DNA of 63,578 nucleotides, filler included, from Nemertoderma westbladi (taxonomy: Eukaryota > Animalia > Xenacoelomorpha): NCBI GenBank assembly GCA_032718475.1. It is 3 parts of 3 records of this genome, joined end to end, with 100 filler letters (N's around TTAATTAATTAA, not from the genome) between each part and the next. Parts side by side here need not be neighbours in the genome. Positions count along the whole stretch, not along the records: positions 24,854 to 51,059 come from JAUCBJ010000338.1; 2 more parts are not named here. One strand, 5' to 3'. Every line of letters begins with the position of its first letter. Position 1 is the first letter of the stretch. The notes under the pieces were generated by a model that did no database searches, was not told the origin of the DNA, and worked only from the letters and a program-made list of their open reading frames with translations. The position numbers and the translations under genes were made by a program. Shown piece by piece: positions 38,546 through 51,159 of the stretch.

Positions 38546-38612
38546 GGAAAATATAAAAAGTAAACACAAAATAGGATACACAGATGGTCATGGATTCGAT
38601 CCCTACCCCGAC
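38546..38612 (+). repeat. One more TATA/B-box array unit, same orientation as 27999-28300
   Basis: GGAAAATATAAAAAGTAAACACAAAATAGGATACACAGATGGTCATGGATTCGATCCCTAC matches the units at ~28024 and ~28100. Confidence 0.88.
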
Positions 38613-38613
38613 C

Positions 38614-38674
38614 AGGGTCAATATGACCCTCCCCCGGTATTTGTACAACATTTTATAGTCTGGTACTATTAGGG
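38614..38674 (-). mobile_element. ~60-bp terminal fragment of the piggyBac-like MITE
   Basis: GGGTCAATATGACCC...GGTACTATTAGGG followed by TTAA. Confidence 0.85.
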
Positions 38675-40927
38675 TTAAAGCTACTAAACTAAAACATAAC
38701 AAAGCGCAATTATCGTATCTGTTCCAACTCAGTTTAGGTAATATACTATAATAATAGTGATAGCAGATGCTTTTAATTTCGCGATGAAATAATGTCAGCA
38801 AACGAAATATAGCGTATACATCATAGATAGAGTTTTAATTTAGTATGGTTTTATCTGTAAATTTTTATTTTGATCGCAATAGTAAAAAGGTTATTATGTG
38901 ACTCATGAAAATAAATCTTAAATACAATACAAATGTTCCATCTTGGTGAAGTGGATGCAATGTATTTACAATTCAAGTGTGGATCAGGCTCGTAGGCAGG
39001 ATTTTTTAGTTGGGTAGACCTGGGAATATCAGGTTAGGCAGACGCAAATGTTATTTTTGATAAATTTTACAATAGATTTAACTGTTTAATTGTATACAGT
39101 GGGTAGAAAGCAAACCTACAGTAGGATGTACATGGAGTCCACCATCAGTTCATCATTTGTATACAAAGCATAATATAAACAATGGTAGAAATCGCGTAGG
39201 TCCGCGTCTACAAGTCTACTAACGCATTAACTGACTCCTTGAATGGCTTACTATCAGTATTACTACTAAAAATTCATTGGAGAGTGGGATTGAACTCGAT
39301 GTATAGTTAAATAGTAAATCGAGTAAAATACTATATGTATAATTACAGGTTGGCTGGGTGCAACCTTCGATCACTTACAACCTTCCCTCAGGTGCAATCT
39401 TCGCCCGCAAAATTTCCAGGAATTTTAAATTTTGCAGTCGCATGGAGTGATAAACCCTTAGGTGAAAGCTAAATTTGCTCTACTTTAATCAAATGGGGCA
39501 TTAAAGCTACGAGTTTATTTTCCTTTACATCCTCCCTCGATCTTAAGCAAATCTAGGTAAAAGGAGGTTGAAGGGCTATCATTCCCAACATATGCGGTCC
39601 TCCCTGTAATGTTTCATTGTTCTATTCATAGTCGCCTTTAAGCATTTCTCGGGAAAATAAGGATGAGGGGCTATCACTTTCAACCCCTCCCTTTCATGAT
39701 TTCATTGAACTATCCATAGTACGAACAATTAAACCAAAGCCTTTGAATATCGCAATAATTTTTATTGTCCGTTTTTATCCTTTTTTTGTCATTTTTTTTT
39801 TATTTTTTATGTCATCCAAAAGTCTAATGTTATTCTGTATTTTAGTACCGGTACCGGTACTGTAACCTGCTCCTTTCTCTCAATTGGTAATGTTATCGTT
39901 TATTGTTTTGGTTAGAAAATCCCGTCTCTGTAACCTGCTCCTTTCCCTCAATTAGTTAAAAGTTAAATTAGTTAAATTAGAAATCAGCAGTCTGACAGTT
40001 TGAAGAAATACATACATAAAAAATGACAATAAAAGTCATTAAATGGACAACAAAAGTCATTATGCATAATTCGTAAAAAAAAATGACAAAAAAAGTCAAA
40101 TAAAATGACATAAAAAACCACTGCCTTTGAATATAGGGCTGAATATCCTCGCGTCTTATCAGCGGCGCCATGGCTAACGGCTTAATATTAACAGTGAAGC
40201 ATCTAAAAGACAGAGTGCTGAGTGTCTATGATAGGGCAGAACAGTATACTTACAGCTTAGAGGTGGGCGCGCTGAAAATTTTGTTCGCCATCAATACATA
40301 CAAAGCATCGCTTGATGGATAGAGTAATAGCGTGGATATTTTCATTTTGGTGAATATAATTTATGTGGCCTTGGTTTCGTTATGGAAGTGAGGACTGAGT
40401 TAGTGGTGGGTATCAGGCGGAAGGTAGGATTAATCATGAAAATCGCTAAATAATATATTTTAATTAAATTCAACTCTGACAAACAACTTGCATATCGAGT
40501 TTGTAAAGAATTCATAGGGATTGGCTGTTTATTTAGGGATTAACATTCAAATTGATTACGAAGAAGCAGTAGGGGTCATTAATGGTATGCTGAGACTCAC
40601 TTACTTCATGGCTCGCTCTCATAGTATAGATTAACTAATAGAGAAAAATGAAAAATATCAGATTAAACATCTTATATTTTTTAAACAATAGGGGGAAACA
40701 AGAATAAATAATTTACCGACAACATCAATATTAAATAATATAACAACAACAGATAAATAATTTACCAACAACATTAATAATAAATAATATAAGAACATCA
40801 ACAATAACAAAAGATATAGTCAGAACAGTTTTTAATAAATAGAGACTGTTTATATTAATAGGGTTGCTGCTCTCCGAGACTGGTTCGTTGCTGCTCTCCG
40901 AGACTGGTTCAATAGGGGCGAGGGAGA

Positions 40928-41198
40928 GCATCCACTAGGTGAAAGGCCACAGTAGTATAGAAGTAATTATACATATATTATGCTGTAACCGGTCCAGTTT
41001 ATTCAGTTGTCAGTTACAGTGCAGACCGGCATTATAGTTTTACCGTCATTGCGGTGCTGCCATATACCGATTTATTATTCCCGTACTCTGTTATCCAATT
41101 TGCTATCATCACTTATATATTATACTTAGTTGAACATCAAACTCTAACTTTTCCGTATCCACCCATCGGCCTGCTGTGACGCTGTGCTGTCGTGTCAC
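40928..41198 (+). repeat. LTR-like repeat related to 17670-17935, ending GTGTCACA
   Basis: Shared colinear blocks; CA end; start not defined. Confidence 0.4.
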
Positions 41199-41260
41199 AT
41201 TAAATATAAATAAATAAGTATTAATAAATAAAAGAGCTGCGGTGTCACTTATGACACCCA

Positions 41261-41575
41261 CTTGGGCCTCTAGGTGACACTTGGACCCAACTGATGACCC
41301 ATTGTGTGTCAGGGCGCTAATCAATCTGATTAATTAGGATAATCAATTAAACCTTAATTAGGAGTCATAGGACACCTCTTAGGTTTTAATTGTACTAATT
41401 AATTGATGACACCTGTCAATTAGGGTCTAATTAGCCTAATTAGGAGGTGTCACCCAGACAGTCTGGCGCCAATGACACCCAATGACACCCGGTGGATGAT
41501 AATTGTTTGTCATATGACACCCAATGGGTGTCAGTTGGGTCCACGTGTCACAAACCTATAACCTATAGGCCCAAG
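41261..41575. mobile_element. Small foldback/MITE-like element with TGACACC repeats
   Basis: CTTGGGCCTCTAGG-GTGACACTTGGACCCAACTGA... is inverted relative to ...TCAGTTGGGTCCACGTGTCAC...CCTATAGGCCCAAG. Confidence 0.65.
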
Positions 41576-41582
41576 CCTATAC

Positions 41583-41736
41583 TACTTGTGTCCCTAGGCA
41601 AGACACTTTGTGCCTACGCCAACCCAGCGGTATAATGGGAACCTGGCTTTGCTGGGGTAATGATAATAAAAGCTCTTTGAGTATGCTGAGCGTAGAAAAG
41701 CGCTATATAAATAACCAATATTATTATTATTATTAT
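41583..41736 (+). mobile_element. CORE-type SINE, 3' part
   Basis: TGTGTCCCTAGGCAAGACACTT core-like motif, then AGCGCTATATAAAT and a (TAT)n tail. Confidence 0.6.
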
Positions 41737-41812
41737 AAAATGACTTCAAAGAATTATATAATACGTAATAAATATATTATAATTATACATATTATTACTA
41801 TGTAATTAGCAG

Positions 41813-42065
41813 GTGGTTTTCTTCTCTCTGGTAATTGGTTGTTTCTTGATTGTCTGCGACGCAACCATAAAGGCGGTTGGCACATCGGGATGCAGGGATA
41901 TGAACGCCTACTGTAACCATGGTGCATGTCTTACGGATAAGTTTGAGCCCACAACGCCATTCGTAGGGATGGTCATCTCGAGGCGTCGGAGACAGATTGC
42001 TACCCCGTACTGTCTATGTGGATCTAAACTCGGTGACCAGGAATACGATGGAGGCATTGGATGCG
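41813..42065 (+). CDS. Host exon: signal-peptide tail and EGF-like domain of a secreted Cys-rich protein
   Basis: TAATTAGCAG acceptor, G|GTGAGT phase-1 donor; VVFFSLVIGCFLIVCDA then C-x6-C-x4-C...C-x-C...C. Confidence 0.72.
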
Positions 42066-42599
42066 GTGAGTCCATTTATTATACTGTAGAAATTAAATTA
42101 ACCTGCCTCTAAGTCTACAAATAGGAGGTCACGCGTTCGATCCCAGTCAGTTATACTGTATATAATTCTGCATCTGGTGATATACAGTAGGCCTACCCAT
42201 CGACACATTTAACTGGGGGATTAAAAAAGTTAAGGTTCGGAATATACATACTTGGAAGTACAGGAGGTGTGGCACACAATCGACCTAAAGGTAACTGACA
42301 ATAGAGTAGCAACTTCAGTTTCCCTCCGGTATTTCGTGATCCACATTAATAAACTAACATTTTACTTTACGATAATGATTGCAGATTATGCATAGTAAAC
42401 ACATTCACAGATTGAAGAAGTGAGTTCAAGAATTCAATTACTCATCATGATAACTACAGTATCTCTCTTTCCACAAAATTGATACTTAGCCTATCCCAAC
42501 AATTAATTAATTTGGTGTGTTATTCTATTCAATTGCGAAAGGTAGTCTAAATTTTTTGTTTTTATTTCAATTTAAAGTTATGTAAAGGAGAATCTTTTA

Positions 42600-44010
42600 G
42601 ACTCGATGAGGCCAGAATGCCTGTTCACCACCATGGGCGATCTTCCTTCCACAGTAAACCTCCCACTCTGTTTCCCAAGTACATTGGTTGTGAAAGCTTT
42701 TGCGGCAAAGTTGATATTTTTGTGCAATTCGCTATCTACTCTAAACGCAGCAATCTCTCAAGGTTGTTGAGAACATATAATCTTACTGTATGCCTTACTG
42801 TGTTTGATTTTGGTATACGGCTTTGAGTTGACGCACTGCCTTGAACAGCCCATAAGCAGTACCCTGGTTCCTTTAACAGGCATCCCAGTTATATCAAAAC
42901 GACCAATCAGGGCAATTTTCACTTTCGTACTCCGTAGAGTTCCTTTACACAGGAAACTGGATCCATGGGTTACTGGCAGTTGACAAGGGTTACTGGCTTT
43001 TTATTGGAGTTTTGACCAGAATTCCGAGAAACTCTATGACTCACCTTTTTCGCTTTTTGTGATACTTCAGTGTAGTGCATACCTAAATCCGGCAGTCTGG
43101 TAGTGCTAGCCCGAAATAACTGTGGCATAAATCATAGAGCACTGTAAAAGTTACCTAATCAACTCACTAATTAACTCACTGATTATGAGATCAACTCACT
43201 AACGGCAAAATTCATGTGACTGCTGATTCACTACACTGCATTTCTGCCGCCACCGCTGGTATTTTACTACTTTGTACCGTTGTTTATTGTTTATTTGGTA
43301 ATATTATTGCTCGATGTTTATATTTGGAGAACACGATACGATTTGGAGAACAATATTTATGCCAAAATTATTTCAAAATACCAACGTGAGTGAGCTGAAA
43401 TTCTCCTCATACATGAGCAAAATTAGTCCGAGTCAGCAAATCAATGTATTTCCGTATTATCGTCAGCTGAGTGAGTGCGAGTACATAATACTACATCCCT
43501 AAAGGATGTAAATAACAGTGGCTCTATTAAATCATCCGTTGTAATTATCGTAAGTTATAACTCTGTATAGTATTTAAATAGCAGCATCTGAAAGCAACTG
43601 CTAATACTACCCTGAAAGTGAACATAGTTTGAGAGATTACAGTATATAGTAGAAATCAATCGAATAATACAGTATAAAGTAACCTACTTCTTATGCCGAT
43701 AGAATTCAGTCTCCCACACATACCGCATTATACGCCGCGCAAGACTGACTTTTATCAATAGTTCTACTTTGGTGCAGGCTAGCGAAATAATATAAGACAC
43801 ATAAATTAGCAGGTTAAACTGTTAAAGGTCTAAAAGCGCGAACATTGGTTCTCCCTTATCCACCAGTCAAGGATGAAAAGCGGGTTGTGTTAGGCTGCAC
43901 CATTTAAAGCACTGTGTCTAAATAGTGCTGCCCCATATAGGAATCGATCCAGTACCAGGGCATGCGGATTGGAAGCCCAGGAATGTCACAGACCAAGCTG
44001 CTGCTTGGTC
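42600..44010 (-). mobile_element. Old tRNA-derived SINE split by the solo LTR
   Basis: Reverse strand has B-box-like GGATCGATTCC and CCGCTTTTCATCC...GGATAAGGGAGAACCA, resembling the core of the SINE at 51926; boundaries approximate. Confidence 0.4.
42689..43844 (+). mobile_element. Solo LTR of a diverged member of the BEL LTR family
   Basis: TGTGAAAGCTTTTGCGG...AAAAGCGCGAACA flanked by 5-bp TSD TTGGT (42684-42688, 43845-43849). Confidence 0.88.
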
Positions 44011-44106
44011 TAGTGGTGTTCTTACAATTTAGAGTTATGAAAACAAAATAACGGAGCAGTCTCCTATTAATTTATTTACGCGGTTGAAGTAAAATCCGCG
44101 TAAATA

Positions 44107-44966
44107 CCCTATTAAACCCGGGAAGGGGTGGGGTCTGTGCAAATTTTGGTGCTAGCACGAAATTTAGAAAAATCCATTGAAAAGATAAATTGCTTGTGAC
44201 AATTTATTTCGTATTTTTCGGAAGTGGGTGCAAAATGTTGTGCTAGCACCAAATTTTGAAAACCAAGAAATATATTAATTGATTGTGTCACCTTGTTTCT
44301 TACGTTATACTGGTTTATGGGGGTCCTGAATCCGATGGAATCAATAAAAACAGCACTGGATATCTCAAACTTGTACTTTTTGATGATGGTTACGAAATTT
44401 GGTGCTAGCACCAAAATTTGCCGAATTACGCCGAAAAATACAAGTAGCAATGAGCTGGCATATTAGAAATGTATTCCATTAGAATTACCGCCCTAGAAAA
44501 CCTGAAAATGTGAATTTATAGCGTTGTATAAAATAATTAAACATTTTGTGTTCTAACTGAAAAGTGCTGGTTACTTGTTTTTTTCATTTTTTTCCTAAGC
44601 AGAGAGGACTAAACAGCCATTTATAGTAATCATATCATTTTGAAGTATTTTCCAATGTATTTTGCGCCCCAGAAAACCTGTATTGAAAAACAATTAGCCG
44701 AAAAATGTAACTTTCAAATTTTGTGAAAATTGTGCACTACTTGTAATTTTGGTGCTGCAATATAACCACCCCAGTACATTTTTTCGAACGAATTTTGTTA
44801 CGATTTTTTCGGTCGGATCCAGACTGGTGATACCTACGTACAAACAAAAAATCAGACGTTTTCGTAAAAATTTGTAGATTTCAGAGGGGGGGGGGGGGGG
44901 TCAATACGACCCCCCCCCCCCCCCCCCGGTATTTGTACAACATTTTATAGCCCGGTACTAATAGGG
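44107..44966 (-). mobile_element. piggyBac-like MITE, internally deleted copy
   Basis: Both TIRs present (CCCTATTAAACCCGGG ... CCCGGTACTAATAGGG); TTAA TSD not intact. Confidence 0.9.
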
Positions 44967-45652
44967 TGGTTAATGGTATTCATGAAATTAAAGTTTTTAC
45001 TCCACCGTAATATTTGTGAATGTGGAAGGAAGTAATAATTGGCCAGTAATGGTAATATTGGCCTGTTCTACAGTAGATCAGTTTGATTAGAACAGATTGT
45101 TATAAATATACACACATCACCTTTAGTACTTTATTTTTTTCTGACTATATCTTAGTTAGTTTATATAGCGTCTGCTGTACAATTTCAATATTTATGCATT
45201 GTTTAGAGGATTCATACTGTACCAATAAAAGAGTGTTGGGATTATTAGATATAGGGGGGGGGGGGGGGGGGGGGGGGGGGGGTATATTAATATAAGAAAA
45301 TAAGAAAAATAAGAATTAAATTAATTAGTAGGCCTACTGATTATTTTAAAATTTGTCAGATTAACTGTCTGCTGCTTTTTTTACATTCTCCCAAAAAAGC
45401 TGAACAATTTTTGAATTCTTCATACAATTCGAATATTGTTGTTGGAGTAGATTGAAAGCGAAAATTCCGAACACCAAAATATAACTTCTGATGATTTAAA
45501 ATAATCTACAGTCATTTCATTAAAATTTTCTAAATTTTTCTAAGAAATAAAGACACTGGAGTTAGCAATATAGCACAAATAATTAACAACAACAAATTTC
45601 TTAACATATAATGTAAGACTGATGTTTATAGAAAAATACTATTTACTTTCAG

Positions 45653-45770
45653 TTTCCTGCACTCATGGTCAGCAATGTCATCTCGCAGACACCACCTGCG
45701 AGAACGGTGAATGCCTTTGTACTGGTGGAAAGATCGGATCCCTTGACATGGGTTCCTCAGACAACTCTCA
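45653..45770 (+). CDS. Host exon: second Cys-rich (EB/EGF-like) module
   Basis: TTTACTTTCAG acceptor and GTAAGT donor; phase 1 matches the previous exon; VSCTHGQQCHLADTTCENGECLCTGGKIG. Confidence 0.72.
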
Positions 45771-46179
45771 GTAAGTTTGCCTCTAAGTTTCGATAGGTGT
45801 AACGTAATATTAAGAGAACATGGTGGGTTGTTAAGGATTTAAGTTGTGTTTTTGGCTAACTATCTCACACAAGAAGTTAAGTGTTACAAACTTTCTGACT
45901 CGAAAGAGGTATTCTCCAGGCACTATGCATGATACGATGTTATACGAAAATTAAGTATAGCAGCACCGTAGACAGACAGCGGAGAGACAGCTGTGCAGGC
46001 TTGTCGTTACACCTTGCACTTTCCACTTACACAAAATTTACCCAAATAATTAATTCAAGTTCTAGGAACCGAAAATAATGCAGAATATACGCCAAATATA
46101 AATAACTAAATAATGCGGGCGAAATATCCATGTAATTAATTCAGATTAAATAACTAAATAATATACAAAAATATCTATG

Positions 46180-46300
46180 TACACCATGACCCGTAATATA
46201 TAGTGTCATTTTCTGATGACACGGACCCTCCCCCAAATTTTTCTACAAATCTTTATCATATTGCTTGAAATTTGAATATCTGGACGCAAATCCCATCTCG
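46180..46300. repeat. End of a dispersed DNA-transposon-like repeat, also at ~59512-59620
   Basis: Shared TACACCA..ATATAGTGTC..AATTTTTCTACAAATCTT..TGAAATTTGAA. Confidence 0.45.
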
Positions 46301-47310
46301 GAGAATTAATATTTCGCCTCAATGGTAAATTACCAACTAGTGGAAAGGAGCAGGTTACAGTGGTCAGTGGCACGTTATTCCAACCAAAACAATAAACGAA
46401 AGTCAATAGAACTGATTACAGTTTTATCTTTGAGAGTTATCAGCTGTTATTCTCCTAGAGATTTTGAGTGCGACGAAAGACCCCCCACTATCTGTCATTC
46501 CATGGCGACGATTTTCCATAGCAACTTGGAAACATTTTGTCTAATTTTTCCCAAATTTTGTAAAAACAAACTTGAGTCCAATGGCTATCGATTTACTGAA
46601 CTGTGCACTTCCACATAGTTACCAAAAATTATTCTATCAGTTTTACTATCATTTGGCCGATTTAACACAAATTCTTTAACCCAGTCAATAAATTGTCGAC
46701 CTCGAAAACCCATGTACCCAAAAAATTAACTCGTTGTATTACAAACTATTGTGTTTTTTAAACTAATAATAACAAAAAGAAAAAGATTCACAAAAAGAAA
46801 GAAACATTTTTGTCCGACTTTATAATCCATCCGCATTTTTGAGGACTAGTTAAGCATATTTTTGATATTATAAGGAGGACAACATTTTCTTTTTGTAAAA
46901 GATGTAGTTTTCTTTAAAATATTCACTTTTGAATTAGAAGATTAACGTAACAAAGTTTTCGCAAATTTGAGGTCAATTCTGCACCATTGTGGAATTAAAT
47001 ATAATACTAGCTACTATATAATAATATACTAGCTATACATTGTTAGTGAAGGTGATATTCCAGAACATTAATAAATAATAAATAATCAAACCAAAATTTT
47101 ACTTAATTAGCTACTTGAGCAATAAGATTGCCTTGCTACAACTAGACATTGTAATGCTAAATTTATTAATAATTACACCAAGGCAATTACTGATCTAGAA
47201 TAAATAATGCGAAATTAACAGAATAAACTTCTAGATCATTGATTGGATAAAAATTTTATTATTCGCATTTTTGGAAGTTTGACTGGATAATAACTTTATT
47301 GTAAGTCTTA

Positions 47311-47607
47311 AGGCCTGTTTACACGTGGCAACTTTACCAGCAACTTGGCCGGCAACTTTTAGAGCAACTTGGCTAGTTTGACTGTAAAATAGTGGGTCAT
47401 TTTATCTACTAGCAAGTTTTTGATAATTTAATTTGATTATCCCGCTTTAATTCGCCAACGCAAATACCTTCAAGTTGCCGTAAAAGTTGAGCAACTTTTA
47501 CGGCAACTTTTTTACGTGTTTACACGGAGCAACTTGATCGGCAACCTGGGTTGCTCCACAAGTTGCCGAGAAAGTTGCTCTAAAAGTTGCCACGTGTAAA
47601 CAGGCCT
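47311..47607. mobile_element. PIF/Harbinger-type MITE
   Basis: Perfect TIR AGGCCTGTTTACACGTGGCAACTTT, TTA on both sides, internal GCAACTT/AAGTTGC repeats. Confidence 0.88.
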
Positions 47608-47785
47608 TTAAAGTTTAAAGTCTTTATTGTCCGCACTATTGCGGACAATAAAGGGCAATTTTTTCATTTTAAAGAAAATAAACAAATAAAAAATTACTCC
47701 TTAAATCCATGCTCCTTTATCCCTGCTCCTTTCCCTAAATTGAGAATTTAACATTGAGGCGGGATATTAATTCGTCAAGGCCGGT

Positions 47786-48140
47786 TTTGCGTCCAGTTTC
47801 CCCTCCTGTCTCCTAACTCTACGATTTGCGTCCAGTTTCCCCTCCTGTCTCCTAACTCTACGATTTGCGTCCAGTTTCCCCTCCTGTCTCCTAACTCTAC
47901 GATTTGCGTCCAGTTTCCCCTCCTGTCTCCTAACTCTACGATTTGCGTCCAGTTTCCCCTCCTGTCTCCTAACTCTACGATTTGCGTCCAGTTTCCCCTC
48001 CTGTCTCCTAACTCTACGATTTGCGTCCAGTTTCCCCTCCTGTCTCCTAACTCTACGATTTGCGTCCAGTTTCCCCTCCTGTCTCCTGACTCTACGATTT
48101 GCGTCCAGTTTCCCCTCCTGTCTCCTAACTCTACGATTTG
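47786..48140. repeat. 39-bp minisatellite, 9 copies
   Basis: TTTGCGTCCAGTTTCCCCTCCTGTCTCCTAACTCTACGA repeated with almost no variation. Confidence 0.95.
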
Positions 48141-48834
48141 TTTGGCTGCTATTTTTCCAATTTCTTAGCTAATCTCAAAAAAACTTTACACTTATGTAAT
48201 AATTCTTTCGCTAAGCCATTCCAATATAATAAATAAGCTCAACACATATTTAATGTTTTGTGAAATTTGAAACACAAATTATTTCAAAATGCAGTTCCAA
48301 ACTGTAGTTTATTCTACAATGTTTTAGCATTACTTGACGGTAATACTGGAACTCTTAAGTATTAACAGCGACGTGAAGTGATATCTATATCACATAATAA
48401 CTTTATATAGGACGAGATTTCACATTACAGGTTAAATCACAAGGCACATTTAGTACTCCTGAAAGTTAAAGAAAAAATGAAAAAAGTTTGTTTATACAAC
48501 TCCTACTCCTCCTTTAACGAAGCCCCATTTAACTCCTTTTATAAGACTGTGTACTCTATCAATGCCTCAGTGGGTTGACTCCAGTACTGCAAGGCTCAGC
48601 GCCGGGTAAGTTAACAATCTGTCAATAATAAAAATGAAAGCGAGCCGACATTTAGTCAGATCGACCAAATGGATGGCCAAGGAGACAGACTGTCTGGATT
48701 GAGCTGATTCGAGTTAAATCGCTTCGCCAAAACGACCAAACAGCCCATAGTAATACACTACATTTTTTTTGGTGATTTTGGTCATTTTGGCCGCCAAAAC
48801 GACCAAGTTAATGTTTATTGGGATTGGGACTGTA

Positions 48835-49885
48835 GACCTAGCAGATAGTCTCAGAGAAATTGGCAACGACCTATTGTTAATTTTTTACACAGATGACCTT
48901 GTCATTTACTCTGAGAATCCTGAATTGATTAGAAGAGCACTGGATGTATTATATAATTGGTGTATTAAAAATGGAATGATTGTTAACATGAAGAAATCTA
49001 AGATGGTCAAATTTCGCAAAGCTGGTCGCATAGCCAACACACACAAATTTTATTTTGGTAACTCATTGATAGAAATAGTGAATGAATACGAGTATCTGGG
49101 CTTGACTTTACAGACCTCACTATCCTTTTCTCAACATATTGTGGAGAAGAAACTGAATATTTTCAAGATTATTGGGAGTCTAACTAAATTACACTTAATG
49201 TCAGTCCGGTCTGGCATGATTATATTTCACGGTAAAATACTTCCCATTATGACATACTGTATACAAGAATGACCAACCCTTTCTGAACTTGCGAAATTTA
49301 AAAGAAATCGACAAATGTAAAGCCGCTTTTATCAAACGGCTGCTCAGGATACATACGTCATCATCAGCGACTTTAGCATTAAACTTAGTGGGAGAATCTT
49401 CGTGTACCGACGACATTATCCGGAAATATCCCAACGCTTTTAACCCAGATGTATTTCAACAGTACAGACAATTTCGTGACGAGCGCCAACAGAACTTCAT
49501 CGACGAAGGTTACACCAGGGGCCCAGCTTTTCAGTCATCCACGTGGCGCACAGCTGGACAGCGAAACCGACATGTGGTCACGAGGGCGACAGTCCACGGC
49601 TTCCATCACCGACTGTGTGGGACGGGGATAGGTTTCCACGAACCTGCCGATTCCTGCATCTGCCGGTATTGCAGTCTGCCCTGCGCCGACCGATACCACG
49701 CTTTAGCATGTCAACTCTGCCCTTCACTATCCGAACTGGCCAAGATGTGACATATATTACTGGGATACGCTATTATGCATTACTTTTATTGAGTTATATT
49801 AATTTTTATTTTTATTGATATTTTATCAATTAATTATTAAATAAAACTTTTACCCCGTCACGGGGTGTAGCTATAAAAAAAAAAA
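48835..49885 (+). mobile_element. 5'-truncated non-LTR retrotransposon (RT C-terminal part, Cys/His knuckle, poly-A)
   Basis: FYTDDLVI, NMKKSK, YEYLG, PIMTY, then HRLC..CICRYC..CADRYHALAC; A tail ~49874-49885. Confidence 0.85.
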
Positions 49886-49899
49886 TTGGTATATTTGGG

Positions 49900-50941
49900 A
49901 CTAGACCGAGGTATGGTGTTAGTCGCTCCATAAGCTACTGACTTGAGCGATTCTAGTTCTGAGTTTACAAAGGTTAATAACACCCCCAAATTAAATCGTT
50001 CAGAGGCATCGTTTACGGTTCCAGATAAGAACTAAATCCATTGGGAGTTTCTGTAAAAGTAGAGGGGCTAATAGAAGTGAAGTTAAATCTGGCGATTTAT
50101 CACTCAAAGGAGCTCCACTTGGATAAATTTCCGTAGATAAATGTCGGATTTCCTGCAATGCGCCTTCAAAAGAATCAATAGTTTCATGGAATACTTTAAG
50201 GTTGGTTGTCTGGATCATTGGCAATGAGCATAGGCGGCTCGCACACAATCCTATAAGTAGGTTAGGATTACCATAACGGCGTTTTAGTATAGTAATATCA
50301 TCGTTATAATTACTGGCCGTCAATGATATACCTGAAAGGGCCTCTTTAGCGTCATTAAAGAGAACTACGGAGGTAAACAAACTTCTGAACCTCAGATAAA
50401 CCTAGTTGGTTATGGATCAATGCTTCATATTGATCCCAGAATGGACGCCAAGACATAAATTCGCCATCAAACGTTGGGACAGCAATTTTACTGTAGGTAA
50501 TCCATGGGTACTACTGGCAATGCCATGGTTGGAGGAATGGTGCGACTGGCTGCCGGAATTTGTAGAAGAATTCGAGTTTGTTCTCTCAATCCGGGATAAA
50601 ATTCGATTGGATTTAAATAAAGTTTTATCCAAGTCGCGGTCGTAGTTAGAGGGTTCCGGAAAATATCCAAGGTCAATTAACTCAGAATCTATCGAGTTTA
50701 ATATTTTACATTGTCTGTCCACGAGTTCGATTTGGTACGCCAACTCATCCGAGCGATATCTTCCTCGTTCTTACACCATAAAGTCTCAAGTTCTGTTGAG
50801 TTTACGAGCTGTTGTGCGTTCTATCCCTCGAGTACGTTTTATCGCATTGATTTCAGTGGTTAGGTTGGGAGGGCCACCAGTATCCACACCCCCACGGTTG
50901 CGGGTTGGAGATGTAGGTGGGTTAGTGTCGTCGTCCGACAT
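49900..50941 (-). pseudogene. gag: Degraded gag of another BEL/Pao subfamily
   Basis: AKEALSGISLTASNYNDDITILKRRYGNP (DUF1759-like), LLQKLP; ATG at 50941; several frameshifts. Confidence 0.72.
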
Positions 50942-51059
50942 AACCCTGTAACCGCTGTACCAGTACTGCAGGGTTATCTACCGGTACGTAGGTCAGTAGG
51001 TATTAAATATAACATGGAAATTACAGCTTTCTGGCATTACAGTATTTTCGTGTTAGGAT

Positions 51060-51159
51060 NNNNNNNNNNNNNNNNNNNNNNNNNNNNNNNNNNNNNNNNN
51101 NNNTTAATTAATTAANNNNNNNNNNNNNNNNNNNNNNNNNNNNNNNNNNNNNNNNNNNN
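51060..51159. other. Assembly gap with TTAATTAATTAA spacer
   Basis: N run with artificial pad. Confidence 0.97.

Noticed and set aside
43845-43860. TTGGTTCTCCC as a primer-binding site
   Set aside because: TTGGT is the target-site duplication, also present before the LTR start
47786-48140. CRISPR-like regular repeat
   Set aside because: Units are contiguous with no unique spacers, there are no cas genes, and the context is eukaryotic
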